DNA from: Octopus sinensis
Taxonomy: Eukaryota
Reading direction: 5' to 3'
Assembly: GCF_006345805.1 (NCBI RefSeq)
Contig: NW_021832829.1
Span: 496,001-560,000 of the forward strand
DNA: 64,000 nucleotides
Shown: positions 43,171 through 57,216 of the stretch, one piece after another
How positions within the stretch are numbered: the first letter of the stretch is position 1
Layout of the letters: each line of letters begins with the position of its first letter
The notes under the pieces: model-generated
Databases searched by the model: none
The model's input: only the letters and a program-made list of their open reading frames with translations
What the model was told of the DNA's origin: nothing
Position numbers and translations under genes: made by a program

Positions 43171-43714
43171 TTGGATTAATAAAACTATTTTTTAGTAAAA
43201 AATAAAAGTATAACAATTCATTTATTCAAAAAATTGTCCCAACAAAGACTCGATTTCTGAACCTTCGTGTAACAAGCACGAAGCTCTGATCAACTGACGT
43301 ATTGGGCATTTTTAAAATCTAGTCGAAAGAAGGGGGAGTAAAAATATTAATTATTATTAAAATCTACAGGTTAAAACAATCATATAGAAAGGAATTAAAG
43401 ATTAAATTGTCTTTTAATTAAATTTATTTTATTTTTTAAGTTTCGTTTTTAAATTGTGAAGTTCAGAAAGCTAAGAGAAGATATCATCAATAAATTTGTT
43501 CGTTCTAATTTATTTAGATAGTTCAATCGTTTTTTATCTTATGAATCTGAGGCTTTGCCTTTTTAGTGAAAGAAATAAATACTTTTTTCTACAATAACGG
43601 TTTGAAACGTCCACATTATGAAATTGGTAAGAAAACAGACGATCAATTTGCAATAGAATGCCTAAATATACAAAACGACATACGAATTTAAATTGTGATT
43701 TTTTAGTTTATTTT

Positions 43715-45050
43715 ATTTAACCGCCAAGACCACGGTAAAAATCAAACAAAAGTCACGTGATCCCGATGCACTCGACCAAGGACCTCATCTTCGCTCGGTG
43801 ATCTTTCCACGAGCCCACACAAGATTCCACCGAACAGCAGGCCGTTATTGCCGGGGCATTTGCTGACGGACCGAGGTTCAGCTTGATAAGATCTTCCAGA
43901 GAAGCTGGGCCGGGGCGTTCGTTATTGTGTGACCAACGATCGGTTAATCTGTGGGCCCTTTGTTGGGCCTCCTCGTTTCGCCTCCTGTTAGACCACGATA
44001 ACCTGAACCCCATGATCCGCAGGCGTAGGCAATTGATGGTTCAAGTATTTCTGGTAGATATTCGCCAGTACCGGGTGTGACCCGTTTTTCCATAAGCCGA
44101 ATAGAGTTCTGAGGATGTTCAATTTTTTTCGAATTTGCGAAGGAGGTTGTCTGCGTGCGGAAAGAAGCAGAGGTGTATGTCATGGCCTACCCCTAGCACC
44201 GTCTGACTCCTGTAGAAAGGTACGGACACATTGTTCAGCTTTAAGTTGACTGAAGTCCTTCCCAAACTTTTGTCGGAAGTGAAAAGGGACGTAGCGGACT
44301 TCGCCGCGTTTACCACGAGCCGGTTGTCCGTTAGCCATAGGTTCAGCGGATCCAAGGAGCTTGGAGCCATTCAGAGGCCTTCTGGATGTCCCGGTCCCGT
44401 GAGGCTAATACGATGTCATTCGCGTATGAGAGGACAATGTCATTATTGTCGAGGGAGGGCGGAAGTACTTCTGGAAAAAGGTTGAAAAGGGCTGGGGATA
44501 AGGAGGGTCCCTGGGGTACTCCGTTGGGCAGGAGACGAGATGTGGACTTCAGACCTCCAAAGCACACCCTTCCCTTCTTTACTTAGGAAGTTGGTGATCC
44601 ATATTTTGTGTTTCAGAGGAAATTCAGATTGGAATATCTTCCTTGATAGAAGTTTCTTCGAGACAGAGTCGACAGCTTTGTGAATGTCAACGGAACAAAG
44701 CACGGTCTTTTGATGGCTCGGTTTGCTTAAAAAACCGATACAAATGAAATTTGACAATGATTGTAAGTAAGAAGACGTGGACTTCTCCTTCTTGAACCCA
44801 TGTTGAAAAGGTCTTTAAGGTAATAATTCTTCTATTCTTCCAACAACCATCCTTTCCAGGATTTTTGACATGAAGCATAACAGAGAAACCGGCCTGAAAG
44901 ATGCCGGGACGCCTCTTGGTCTTCCAGGCTTCAGTATCGGCCTTATTAGAGCCTGTTTCCATAATGACGGAATCACATTGTGGTTGATTGAATAGTTAAA
45001 GATAGCCGTTAGAAATGTGACTCCTTCAACACCAAAATTTTTCATAGCTA
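43715..45050 (-). mobile_element. Degenerate APE-type LINE (I/Ingi-like) RT to 3' end
   Basis: FRPVSLLCFMSKILER, GVPQGPSLSPALFN, SYANDIV; 3' stem-loop. Confidence 0.8.
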
Positions 45051-45181
45051 TTAATATAATTTAAATTTTATTTAAGTTATTTTAATTACATCACAAAATA
45101 CTTTAGAAACCCGGGTTTTCTTAATACTTGTTGTTGTCTAGTGGTACATCATTTGAATAAATTAATCTATTAAATTTAGAA

Positions 45182-48100
45182 ATGGCCGATGAAGATATTT
45201 CTAAGCTATCAATAGAAGAGAAATGCATGCATAAAGTATCTCTAATTTTACTATTAAATAGAACTGGCAAGTGCGAGCATGTGGATATAACGAAATGTGC
45301 AAATTTATGAACTTTTGTACCGGAAAAGAGCCGCAACTGTCTATATATTCGTCTCTTATATCAAAAATACTTGTCGATAAGAATTCAAACAATCTAGATA
45401 AGGCCTTGGAGGCAACCTTATCATTTGTGACTAACACCACAATCGCTGATAAGTGACTCCAAAGTCTTTATTTTATTAGAATGGCCTCCGAAGTGGCCAC
45501 TCTTCTCGTAAATAAATGCCTCACAGGCAAATCCAAGTCCAAACAACTTGTCTCCGAGATTTTGCTCATTTATGTTGAGAAGGAAAAACATGAAGTGATC
45601 CAGGACGAGCTTATCAAGGGATTCTTCCAAAAAAACCCAAAAGTCGTTGTAGAATGTCTTCAGATTGCAAGAGATGCACTTTCGTTCTGTTTTTAGACCA
45701 ATTTTTAGTCAATTTGGCAACAAAGTGTTTTCGATTAAGAAAATGGTCAGCGAAGTCGTCGGTCTGCTCGAAGCTAGAGACAAAATAGTCAGGGAAGAGG
45801 CCAAGTTGATGATCGCTGAGATGTACCGTTGGGTTGGACCACCCTTGAAGGCACATTTCTCTTCAATAAAGCAGTCATTGGTCTGTTTTTCTGTTTTACT
45901 AAAGATGGAGGAACTTGAGAAGCAGTTTGTTTCGAATTCTAATCAAACGGCGAAGGCAACACGATTCTTTCAGTCACATAAAGCAGTTGAAGCCCAGCAA
46001 GTAAAAGTTGCTGATGAAGTCGTCTCTGATGTTACTCCAGAAGGTTTTATTAAAAACTTTAAAATCCTAGAGGAGGACGAGTTTACGCCAATCATTGATT
46101 TGATTCCCAGGCTGCCTGAGGATTTTTACAAACGTGCTGTTCTCGGTCAGTTGTAATGTCCTTAGAATGATGCGAATTGGAAGGAGAGGAACTCGGCACT
46201 CCTTGATTTGAAGGAATTGTTGGGGACTTTAAACCAAAGGTTGAACCCTTCTCACGACTACAGTACTCTGATTTCTACTTTAAAAAAGGTCTTTTGTTTA
46301 AATTTATATTTTTATTACAATCCATATAAAAATATATTTATTTAACTAACAGATAATTGAAAAAGACAAAAACATATTCCTCCTTATGCTCTCCAGCGAC
46401 GCACTGGGGAAAATATGCAGTGGTCTGAAAAATAATTTCAAAATGTATGCAGAATCGGTTTTTTGGCATTTTTAATTGTAGTGTTTATTCGCTACAATAA
46501 GCAGGTTTACGGAGAGGAGACAAGATGTAATCATGTCATTAAGAAATACATGCGACCTTTTGTATGCCTTGATCAATCTGGAGGACATTTTGGAACAGAT
46601 AATTGAACTCTGTTTCTCAAAGAACCCAAAAATGAAGATCGAGGTCTCCCAAATACTCCTCCGTTCAATGAAAATCAAATCAGTCACCCCTATCCCAAAG
46701 AAACAACTCAAAAGTCTAATCAAGTCTCTTCTGACTGTTCTCCGACTTGAATAACGTGTTTTAGTTGGTATCACATTCAAACTCGGACGTGAGGGAGGCA
46801 GGATTTGAGATTATCGCTGCCTACCAGAAGGCTTACACGGAAAAGGTGATCACTCCTTTGTTAGAAGACGTCGAAGAACTAAAAATGTCAAAGGTTCGTT
46901 AATTTCTAATCATTTCCACAGATCAAAGAGTACTTTGACAAGTCGGACGTGAAGTCAGTCGTCAAGACAGTTCAGCCTGTCGTCCCACAACCATCGAAGG
47001 CAGTTGTCTCCAAAAAAGAAAAGATTCCTCTAAGAAAGAGGGCACCTGTTCCTTCAGAAGAATCGAAATTTTTAGCAGTTCCAAAAAGTCAGAAAGCTGA
47101 ACCAGCTCCGGTGGTTTTAATCCAACACTCCAGTGAACGAGTATGTGTAGTATTACGTAATACGTAGAAACTACCTAAAAACCTACGGGCATGGACTTGT
47201 GTGATAATATTGCTTAGTTGCTCAAATGGAACTTTACCTCGCCCACCCCAGAGCACGCGGAACAGCTAAGGACGGTTATGGAGTGTTCCTTTGCACCTTC
47301 CCTGGTTGAAAGTCTGTTTAATTCTGATTTTAAACAACATTTGAATGCAATCGATCTAATGACCAAGGTAGCCTTCGATGCTTCTATTTTAAGGTGTACG
47401 ACCAATATAATTCGGAATTGTTATCAAATGTGGATGTCCTACTAAAGTGGGCTTCCTTAAGGTTTTTCGACACGAATCCGTCCGTGCATATGAAAACATT
47501 CGAGTTCCTCCAGATTCTGTTTAATTGTCCGGACGTGAACTTAACAGATGCCGATGTCACTTCTTTTGTCCCTTACTTGATCGAGAAGGTACAGGAATCC
47601 AATCAATTCTAGTTTGCCAATTCCAAGGAGAATGTACGGAAGGCAAGTCGATCTTTATTCTCCCAAATTATCTTGATTACGAGCCCAACAAAGGTCATGA
47701 GTCATTTGCTTGAGGGACTTAAATCAAAGATGGCCAAATTACGGACGGGTCAGTCGTTTATTGTGACAGATAGAATGTCTTGATGCAATTGATAATATAA
47801 TATCCGTGAATGTCATCGAATTGAAAGATATGGGAATTATTATGAGGCAGGTTGGACAGATGGTTGGGGACAGGGACAATTCCGTGAGGAATGCAGCTCT
47901 TAATGTTATCATCTCCGCGTATTCGCAGATTGGGGACAATATTTATAACTTGCTGGGATCGGTTGGGTTTTTTCTCATTTTTCTAGTTGTCGGATAAAGA
48001 GTTGTCTTTTGTCGAGGAGAGGATCAGACGTTCTGGAAAAATGACTTCTGATACTGTTGAGAAAAAGACTGATATTGTGACTCCCATCAAAGAGAGTCCA

Positions 48101-49639
48101 GTGAAAATTCCAAGCCCAACAATCAAATTAGAGAGACCAAATACTTCCATTTTTCCGCGTTTTGAATTGGAATTGGACGATTCTCCAGTGAAAAAGACAA
48201 AATCTATGAACGTCGGTAAACAAAACACCACTTGTTTTTCTGATCTTTTGAGCGATATCCACATACCTCCGAGATCTTATTCGAACCATACCTCCCAGAT
48301 AAAGGTTTCCAATGACTCAATTTCTCCGCAAATGATCGAGTACATATCATCTCAGTTGATGAGTAATAATTTCGAAACGACATTTACAGCCATTGTCCAG
48401 GTATTGGAATAATATTATTCAGATTGGGGAAATGTTGAAGTGTGGTGACATTGTAGACACTCATGTGGACAATGTCGTCATGTTTATCACAATTCAACTC
48501 AGATTCATTTACAATCGTTATTTGAACTTTAATGAGTTCTCTCAACAGGACACCGTGGATAATCTTCGGGGGAATCTTTGTCTTCTGTTTAAAGTCATGT
48601 CCTGTGATTATTTCAGATAGCTAATAAACCCAAACTGGCAGTGGGGATAAGTAAGCAAACTTTGAGTGATCTGTTGAGTTTGCTTCTACTTTTACTGATC
48701 GACGTACGACTTGCTGAATTGCAATTTAATGTGGAGATTATTCGTTCTATCAACCATTTAATATTTATTCTCGTCGAGAACTGTTTGGGGGATATTGTGT
48801 TTCGGTATACTTCTTCCTTTTGACAATAGGTCGGTTCTCTCTCTTCTCCAGGATGCCATCACCACGGGGAATTTCCCTTCCCTGTATGTGAGTCATCTTC
48901 AAGGGGTTGTTCCTTTTATCTGATTCGATCTGTTTTAGTGTCTTGTAAAAGTGTGTCAGCGAATATTTCATAACAGCACTCACTTCTGTTCCGTGACAGT
49001 CGTCCAAGATGTGCGACTGTTTCTCAAGAATTATGTGGAGTACAAGTGGAGGGATATTAACTTGTCTTGTCTCAAAATTTTAAAGTCTCTCTGTAAAGTT
49101 ATTGTACTTCGCTATGGAGTAGAGGTTGTGTTATTATTTTATTGGATAGATATTTGAGTGTCATGATTTTCCCTCTTTCTCGGATTTTGGAATGATGGAG
49201 TGTTTGAAGGCTGAGTATGATCTATTTGTGAAAAATTCCAAACTTGGGCTTGGCGGGTCGAAGGGACATGAACTTTTGTCTTTCAGCAACGATGAGAATG
49301 ACGTGTCTCTTCGGTTGGAAAAAATATGGGATTCTATGAAGGATACTAATGATTACCCCAAAGTTGTTTATGAAATTAGAATATTTGTTTAGGCAGTCAA
49401 GGAATTATATAATTTAAGATCAGAATATGTGTCTCTTGACTTGGTCGGGATGATGAGGAATATATTTCCTTCTTTTGTGTCTAATGCTCTTGTCTTAGGG
49501 ATGGATGTTCATCAGGAAATTCTCACTTCAAATATGAGTTGTTTTGGTTTCATTAAACATTTTAGGTTTTAATCAGGCAGGAGTTTATCTTGATTATTTG
49601 ACGCATCTTTCCACCCTAAGAAGATGTTTTGACATTTAA
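45182..49639 (+). CDS. CKAP5: XMAP215/ch-TOG microtubule polymerase, shortened, many micro-introns
   Basis: TOG1 KCMHKNWQVRACGY; TOG2 DANWKER; TOG5 LKWNFTSPTPEHAEQL; C-terminal GVYLDYL..LRRCF. Confidence 0.9.
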
Positions 49640-50039
49640 TATTGTTTTGTTCTGAACATGTTTATTCGTTGCTTATTTTTTGTACTACAATTGTTCAATT
49701 TTTAATCAAAGTGTGGTACTAGGTTACCTTATTAAACTTTCGCAGCCCTTAATTCTTTTTCAAAATTATTTTACTACTTTTACAAGAAAATTATGTATTC
49801 ATTTTCTAAAAACATAACTTCATAACACACATTATTAGATAAACATTCTAACTCAATTAGTTAGACTTGCTGATTATTAACGCTGCTGCCAAAAATTGAA
49901 TATGAGTCAAATAATCAAGATTTCGGGAGATTAAAATCCCAAACACAACAGTGATGAATGTCGAAATAGCTAAGAAGATTCCAGTCCCTAAATTTACGTT
50001 TGAAGGACCACATCATGTGTGTCGATGACATGCTCGTTG

Positions 50040-50355
50040 TTCATTTTAACCAAAATGGAGAAAAATGTTTTTTTTAATTTTTTATGGGAAGGTGAGTCGG
50101 GGACATCGTAGTTGTTTATTTTAACCACAATGCAGAAAATAATTTTTTGATTTTTTGGCGGGAAGGTTTTAAGGACATCATCATTGAGGATATTCTTGAT
50201 ATGTTAGTTTTGTAGGTGAAGGATTTTTCTAGAACCTCATCATTTTGGGGAAAAAAGGATTTTGACAATCATAAGGGAAACGGATTTTGACTTTTTCAAT
50301 TTGAACTTGGTGCCTACACACAGACAGACACATACCATACCATTTTATTATTAAG
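50040..50355 (-). mobile_element. Helitron 5' part
   Basis: Reverse complement matches 55747 onward, including degenerate units of the 93-bp repeat. Confidence 0.7.
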
Positions 50356-50369
50356 GGGAACAGAAAAGT

Positions 50370-50640
50370 TTAATTTGAATTAATCGCCAAACAGATTGGA
50401 CAGGAAATTTCCACGTGCGAGATCCGTTGAAAAATCCAGCTTTTGTCGCAACTCCTCGAGATAACTAAACCAATCTCTGAGAGGAGTTTGAGAACTTTTG
50501 GGCCAATTACCCCACTGGTTTTGAAAGCAGGGAGATGAAGCAACAAGTCTCTTGTCGATGAGTTTGTCACATCTGCAACGATGCATACAATACAATATCT
50601 GCTATTCACATGCCGTTTCATATCCACCTGACACAACACT
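50370..50640 (-). mobile_element. CRE-like 3' fragment
   Basis: TSGVIGPK..EIG..SWIFQRIS. Confidence 0.6.
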
Positions 50641-51299
50641 GTCTTAAAAACTTGGAATACTAAAAATTACTTGTTTCACAAATGACTTTCGTTTTGGTAC
50701 TGCAATCCTCTCTTTGAAACTCAGCGTTGTCAGTTCTTTTTACACATATTTCACTTTTAGGTTGACTGGAACGCCATGGAAGATACAACTAATCAAATTT
50801 AATGCTAAAATACCGCCAAATCTACTTTATTTGTTACAAACTCGACTGTTTCAATGTATACCCAACCGATTTTAACTCCTATTGGTTGAAAATAAGAATT
50901 ATACCTTATATCGCACAATTTTCTAGTCCATAGTCCGGAACGAATACATTGCTATCATGATCATTTTTTGCATATTTGTACAGATGTAAGTTTATCTGAA
51001 GTCACGTTGACTTCCAGAAAAAAGAATTCATTTTAAAATGACCTGAACCTTATTCATTATTTTCACAAAGAATATAGTTATATCTCCATTGATACGCCAG
51101 TAACCACTAATACTAATATGCATCATTTCGGGAGTGACGTTGTATAGGCGTAAAAAATCTTATCGGCGAAGTTTGTATAATTCTAGACTCTAGTTAATGT
51201 TAATATACACTTAACCCTCTCTATATTGCCAAGAAAAAAACCCAAATATTTCATAGCAATAAGCTTGGTGGCATTATAACGCGACCCCGCTAAAATTAA

Positions 51300-51780
51300 T
51301 TAAACACAAAATATTTAATATTTATTAAAAAGCTCCATAATCGTTGACTGTCTACAACTATTTTTTAGACAATCCCAATATTCCCTTTTAATATTTTTAA
51401 TATATTGTAAGCTTTTTTCCGATATCCCTTAAGTAAACTCGATCCCGCCCAGTATAACTTCGAACGCATTAGCCATTTCATTTTTAGGAGGTCTTTTTTA
51501 GTAAAGTCTTCTTTTATGTCTTCTTCATCACTGTCATTGATTCTTCGAAGTGTAGACAATATTTTGTCTTCTTCAATATGACAGTATGTTTTAGCATTAC
51601 TGTCCACTGAAACATATTCGTTGACATCAGTCCTATCATTAATATTCAATGTTGAAATCAGTTGATTCAATAGATCAGTTGATTCATAATTATTAAATCG
51701 TGTCCAATTTTTTTTGGTTTTCCCGTAATATTTCATCATTCAAAACAATATTTTGAGACCTTTTGTTTACAAACCAAATC
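51300..51780 (-). mobile_element. Possible Tigger transposase C-terminal remnant
   Basis: DVNEYVSVDSNAKT..EEDKILSTL..DSDEED resembles Tigger tails; weak match. Confidence 0.4.
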
Positions 51781-52099
51781 CAAAGAGCTTCCTCCAAATC
51801 CAAATGCTTCGCAGATTTAGTGCGCTTAGCTTTTGAGAAAAAAATTGAGGAGTAGCAAACAATTTTTTTATTATTGAGAAAATCGGCTCAGAGGCGTGAT
51901 TTTGTAACAATTTTAATAAAAAGTAAAGATTTTTATGTTGTGAATACAAAATACAGCTCATGATAGATAAAAAGAACTGAGAAAATGAACAAAGATATTG
52001 TTATGTGAAACGCAGAGATCTATAATCACCCTCTAAACATAAAATTTATGTTTTGATGGTTATCTCAATATATGCCTTTAGTCTACGTGGTACACACTT

Positions 52100-52990
52100 T
52101 ATTATTATTCAACCAAGACCACACTCTAAAACCCAAAAATAACTAATCATCTGATCCCGGCTTCTCTAAGGAGGGTCCTCATTTTTTCCTGACGTTCTTC
52201 CCTTGCTCCCGCACATTTCCTGTAGGGGCGCGGCGGGTGAGTCGTTGCGAATGTCGTTTCTTCGCAGGATCTCTTCAAAAGTGACAACATTTAGTTTTTC
52301 GTTTGGTTCTTCTAGCGTTTTGCAAATTCTTTATTGAACTTTAAATTTTCTCCCGGTTGGTGTAGCTGATCGTATTTCTCCACGCTGCGCAGGCGTAGCT
52401 GATTGTGGGTTCCATGTACTGCTTATAAACAGTTTGGCGAATGGCGAGGCTCGTCCACTGTCTGCATTTTCGTAGGAAAACTTGGAGTATGTTGAGTTTC
52501 TTCATACATTTCGTGATCACATAGTTAACTTGCTGCAAGAAAGACATATGGGCGTCGTATGTTGCTCGCAAAATGTTTTTCGATTTTTGGAATGGTATCT
52601 TAACATCGTTTAAACACAGGTTTACTTCCGCTTTCCCGAGTCTCCTTGCTGAAGTAAGGAGGGTAGTAATCGACTTTCCTGGACTTGATGACACCCGGTT
52701 TATTAGTAACCACCCTTCAAGATCGTAGAGGTAGTTTTGCAGTTTTTCCGCTGCTATTGTGACCTCTTGGTTGCGAGAGGCAACCACAATATCATCCGCA
52801 TATGATAAAACAATTACATCTTCAGCTTTTGGCATCGGGAGATCTAATAAGTATAAGTTGAAAAGAGTTGGTGATAAAGGCGAGCCTTGGAAAATACTTC
52901 GAGCTTGATTTTGTACTTTCCGTATAGATTCTTCCTCTCCGCCCAGTGAGAAAGTTAGCTATCCACTTTTTTAGGATGGAGGGAATATTG
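52100..52990 (-). mobile_element. APE-type LINE RT/3' end
   Basis: QGSPLSPTLFNLYL, VLSYADDIVVAS, YMEPTISYACAAW; (TAA)n tail. Confidence 0.8.
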
Positions 52991-53009
52991 ATGAAGATCA
53001 TAAAAAAAC

Positions 53010-54170
53010 TACGTGTCGGCTAAGTATGGCCTGGGTGTGACCTAAGTTAATGTGAACGAGTTAATCAAACTTCAAAGGAATTCTTAACCAAAAAGATCAA
53101 CATAAAAGTCATTCATAAGACTCTCTTTAGCAGCGTGGACATTGCGCACATTTACATATCTTTGTCATCATGTGCCTGAAGTATGGAAATAACTCTAAAC
53201 GATAAGAAAAGTTATTCTCATATTTGCTGGATAGGAATTTTTTAATGGTCAACGGAAACAGTGTAGTCACTGTAAAAGTAAGACGATGACTGTTAAACAG
53301 TTAGCCACGAAATTCGGGAGTATTCTGTACCTATAAGGCATAATGAGGTATTGAGGTCCCTCTATCTTCTGCTATGGGATAAGTATGGTTTGAGGCGGTC
53401 TAGAAAATTGCGAACCCATAGAGTTAAATCGGTGTGAGAACTTGAAAGTGTCAATTAAGGTGGATACCCCTAGAGTCTTTTTAAGAACAGTTGACTGCAC
53501 ATAAGCATGCAGAGACTTATCTACGCCCAACTGTTTTAAGTAACCCTTGTGGTATTTAGTGCCCAGTCCATCCAATGTCATCACACACATAATGACACGA
53601 ACTTTACACTGATGCATCAGCCCTGACTTGTTTGCAAAGAGGTCATATTTCCTCCTTTTCTCCTCTTCCATTGTCTGCAAATAATCTAGCCACGTGATGC
53701 CTACCTTTACAATAACAATTTCCCCGGTGACCTTATCATGAACAACAATCTCGGGTTTGTTGAGGTAATTTTCTTGAAGTACTCTTCGGACAATAAAGTC
53801 ATCGTACCTATTTGGCTCGAATTGCATCAGGCCAACGTAGTAGTTCAGCAATGAGATCGGGCACTTGTTCAATGCATAAAATAAGTTCTGTGCATTGAGG
53901 CGAGTTTTGCATAACATTACTGTCCTACTACGCACACCCTTGACTACACATTTCCTCGTTTTGGGTGTGGACTCTAAAACACACAAAGATACTTATACTT
54001 TTTCTGTTTCCCCAAGACTTTGACAAGGTCACCACACACAGGGATGTTAGTCGCCGACTTGTTATAGTTGAGCTCCACGCTTTCATAAAACCTTCCAAGA
54101 CTTTGCCCATCAAGTGGAGGATCTCTGAAGGCCGTGCGAACAGTTTAATGTAGTCTATGAACATGAGATG
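53010..54170 (-). mobile_element. R4/Dong-like RT-RLE element, degenerate
   Basis: LCKTRLNAQNLFYALN; KPEIVVHDKVTGEIVIVKVGIT; KYDLFAN. Confidence 0.8.
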
Positions 54171-54419
54171 GTTGATGCTAAAACACCATCAATCATGTTC
54201 CATCGACATTTTATCGAACTGGGCCGTGAGGACTCTACTCAGCGGTTCTAGGCTAAGGAAAAACAGCAACGAAGACATGTTGTCGCCAAATAATATGCCC
54301 CTTTTTAGCTTAATTTAGAATATGTCGCATTTGTTGTAGTATAGATGCACATTCTACCTGTCAATCACATATTCATCTATTGCTATTGAAATTGAATTAG
54401 CCAATTTCATGGCAGTAAC

Positions 54420-54930
54420 TTGTTGAATAGCTAAATTCAAATATGAATATTTAGAGCAGGTTCCAGAAGCGGACAACGAGGAGAGATAGCAAGCCAAGGC
54501 AAGATCTGCACAAGAACGAACCTAATATTCCCAAAGCGTAGTGGGAGCGCAGCACGAGAACGTCCCACCTTAGTAAACAAGGTGTTCAGAAGGAAGTGTA
54601 ACGACAAAGCAATAGCGACATCCAAGGACAAAAGTTCTTGATGTAAATGATAATAAGATAGATTGACAGGTGGCATGTAGCCACCATGGATGGGTAGCTC
54701 GTGTGGGACGCGACATATTACCCAAACAGCACACCAACGTCACCTTGAAACAGTTTTTTTTTGACAGCCCGCATCATCCGCCTCGTGCGAAGTAGCCCCT
54801 GACTCCACGTTCCCTTGTTTGAAAGGTATGGGATCACCAGTTGACCAGTTCAAGTCAAAATTATAATAAACAAAACAGGCACAGACGTCTATAATCCGCT
54901 GGCACTAGGGAACCTTTTGGGTATCACGCG
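54420..54930 (-). mobile_element. Scrambled CRE-like fragment
   Basis: RAALPLRFGNI; GDPIPFKQG. Confidence 0.55.
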
Positions 54931-55314
54931 ATCGGATAGGATTAGAACCTAAACTAGCGAAAGCAGAAAAAACTTAAACAAAGCCTCGGGAGAATCGGAC
55001 GACAGAGGCTGGTCAATGATAAAGAGTAGGATTTTTGCGACTGATAGTCTCGCTGACTTTACGATTCTTACCAGAACATGCGAAGAGAACTGAAAAGAAA
55101 AAAAGAAAGCAAAAAATGACTCAGTACCTAAGCACTGGAAGAAGGAATCTCGGCCGCGGGATGAACGGAACAAGGTTAATGGAAGGCACAAGACATCCTT
55201 GGCACGTCACTGTAAGAACAAAAAACTGTGTAATTTGTATGTTTAACAAACATTTTAGTGTTTTTTTGTTTAGTTATAACGTTAAATTTTTGTGTTGATT
55301 TTTTTTTTTTTTAG

Positions 55315-55500
55315 GTTTAGGTTACGAGCCAGGAAAAGGGGTCTTGGCTTACTTCTTCAATGCACGCAACAATAATTTCGAGCTAATGTCGATTGAAGCA
55401 CTGAAGAAGAATGGGGCACCAATTCCTGGGCATTCTGGAAGCTTTCCCAACACTTGGGAAAGATCGAATTTTAACCAGTTTTCTCGGGTCGTGTACTCAG
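55315..55500 (-). mobile_element. 5' hairpin region of the R4-like family
   Basis: Reverse complement aligns with 15975-16130 and 41765-41915. Confidence 0.6.
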
Positions 55501-55825
55501 TCCTTTTTGCAATGGCAAGAACGATGTTTTGTTCTTCGGAGGTCTGCCTCTCCGATGGGGTTTTCCATTTTGCTCTAGGTTATTTTTATTAATAGGGAAA
55601 CATTTTTATTGATTTAAAAAAATAAAAATTTTCCTTAAAAAGTCAATTTAATTGACCGCAAAATTTTAAAAATTGACCTAAGAAATATATTTACAACTTT
55701 ATTGTCATATACAGTGAGTCAAATTAGTCTTGGGACACTTGTATATCTTAATAATAAAATGGTATGGTGTGTGTCTGTCTGTCTGTCTGTCTGTCTGTGC
55801 ACACCAACTTCAAATTGGCAATACG

Positions 55826-56700
55826 ATGTCCTCGACTTACATGATGAGGTCCTTAAAACCTTCCCCCCCAAAAAATTAAAAAAAATTTTCTGCATTTTGG
55901 TTAAAGAACAACTACAATGTCCTCGACTTACATGATGAAGTCCTTAAAACCTTCCCCCCAAAAAATTAAAAAAAAATTTTCTGCATTTTGGTTAAAATGA
56001 ACAACTACAATGTCCTCGACTTACATGATGAAGTCCTTAAAACCTTCCCCCCCAAAAAAATTAAAAAAAAATTTCTGCATTTTGGTTAAAATAAACAACT
56101 ACAATGTCCTCGACTTACATGATGAAGTCCTTAAAACCTTCCCCCCAAAAAAAATTAAAAAAAATTTTCTGCATTTTGGTTAAAATGAACAACTACAATG
56201 TCCTCGACTTACATGATGAAGTCCTTAAAACCTTCCCCCCAAAAAAAATTAAAAAAAATTTTCTGCATTTTGGTTAAAATAAACAACTACAATGTCCTCG
56301 ACTTACATGATGAGTCCTTAAAACCTTCCCCCCAAAAAAATTAAAAAAAAATTTCTGCATTTTGGTTAAAATGAACAACTACAATGTCCTCGACTTACAT
56401 GATGAAGTCCTTAAAACCTTCCCCCCCAAAAAAATTAAAAAAAAATTTCTGCATTTTGGTTAAATGAACAACTACAATGTCCTCGACTTACATGATGAAG
56501 TCCTTAAAACCTTCCCCCCCAAAAAATTAAAAAAAATTTTCTGCATTTTGGTTAAAATGAACAACTACAATGTCCTCGACTTACATGATGAAGTCCTTAA
56601 AACCTTCCCCCCAAAAAATCAAAAATTATTTTCTGCATTTTGATTAAAATGAACAACGCGAATGTCCTCGACATTCATGATGAGGTCCATTAAAACCTTC
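55826..56700. repeat. Tandem array of about 9.5 units of 91-94 bp inside the Helitron
   Basis: Unit starts (atgtcctcgac) at 55826, 55917, 56010, 56104, 56198, 56292, 56384, 56477, 56570, 56662. Confidence 0.95.
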
Positions 56701-56909
56701 AAGGCAAAAATCTCACGTATTAAGAATATCCTTGATGAAACGACAGCGAGAATATTAACAATGATTAACTCCCAATTATTCGCGATAAAGAAATTCAATT
56801 CATCCTATGTTTTTCTCTTTAAAATTAATTGCATATATCATTATCGACCATGAATCAAAATTAAAGCTATTATCATATTTGACTTTGACAGAATGTGCAA
56901 TCACAGATT

Positions 56910-57216
56910 GCACGACTTTGAATAGAGTGTGCAATTAACAGATTTTGAAAAACCACTTTGATAGTTGAAACCACATTAGCACAATCATTAACACAATTTA
57001 CCACCAATTGACGCACGACCTTGAATAGAGTGTGCAATTAACAGATTTTGAAAAACACTTTGATAGTTGAAACCACATTAGCACAATCATTAACACAATT
57101 TACCACCAATTGACGCACGACCTTGAATAGAGTGTGCAATTAACAGATTTTTAAAAACACTTTGATAGTTGAAACCACATTAGCACAATCATTAACACAA
57201 TTTACCACCAATTGAC
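56910..57216. repeat. Three tandem units of 102-103 bp
   Basis: gcacgac unit starts at 56910, 57013, 57115. Confidence 0.95.

Noticed and set aside
55768-55800. (CTGT)n microsatellite as an independent feature
   Set aside because: It is part of the Helitron 5' end and recurs in shorter form in the sister copies.
55826-57216. Regularly spaced repeats as a possible CRISPR array
   Set aside because: Units are contiguous with no unique spacers, there are no cas genes, and they lie inside a eukaryotic Helitron.
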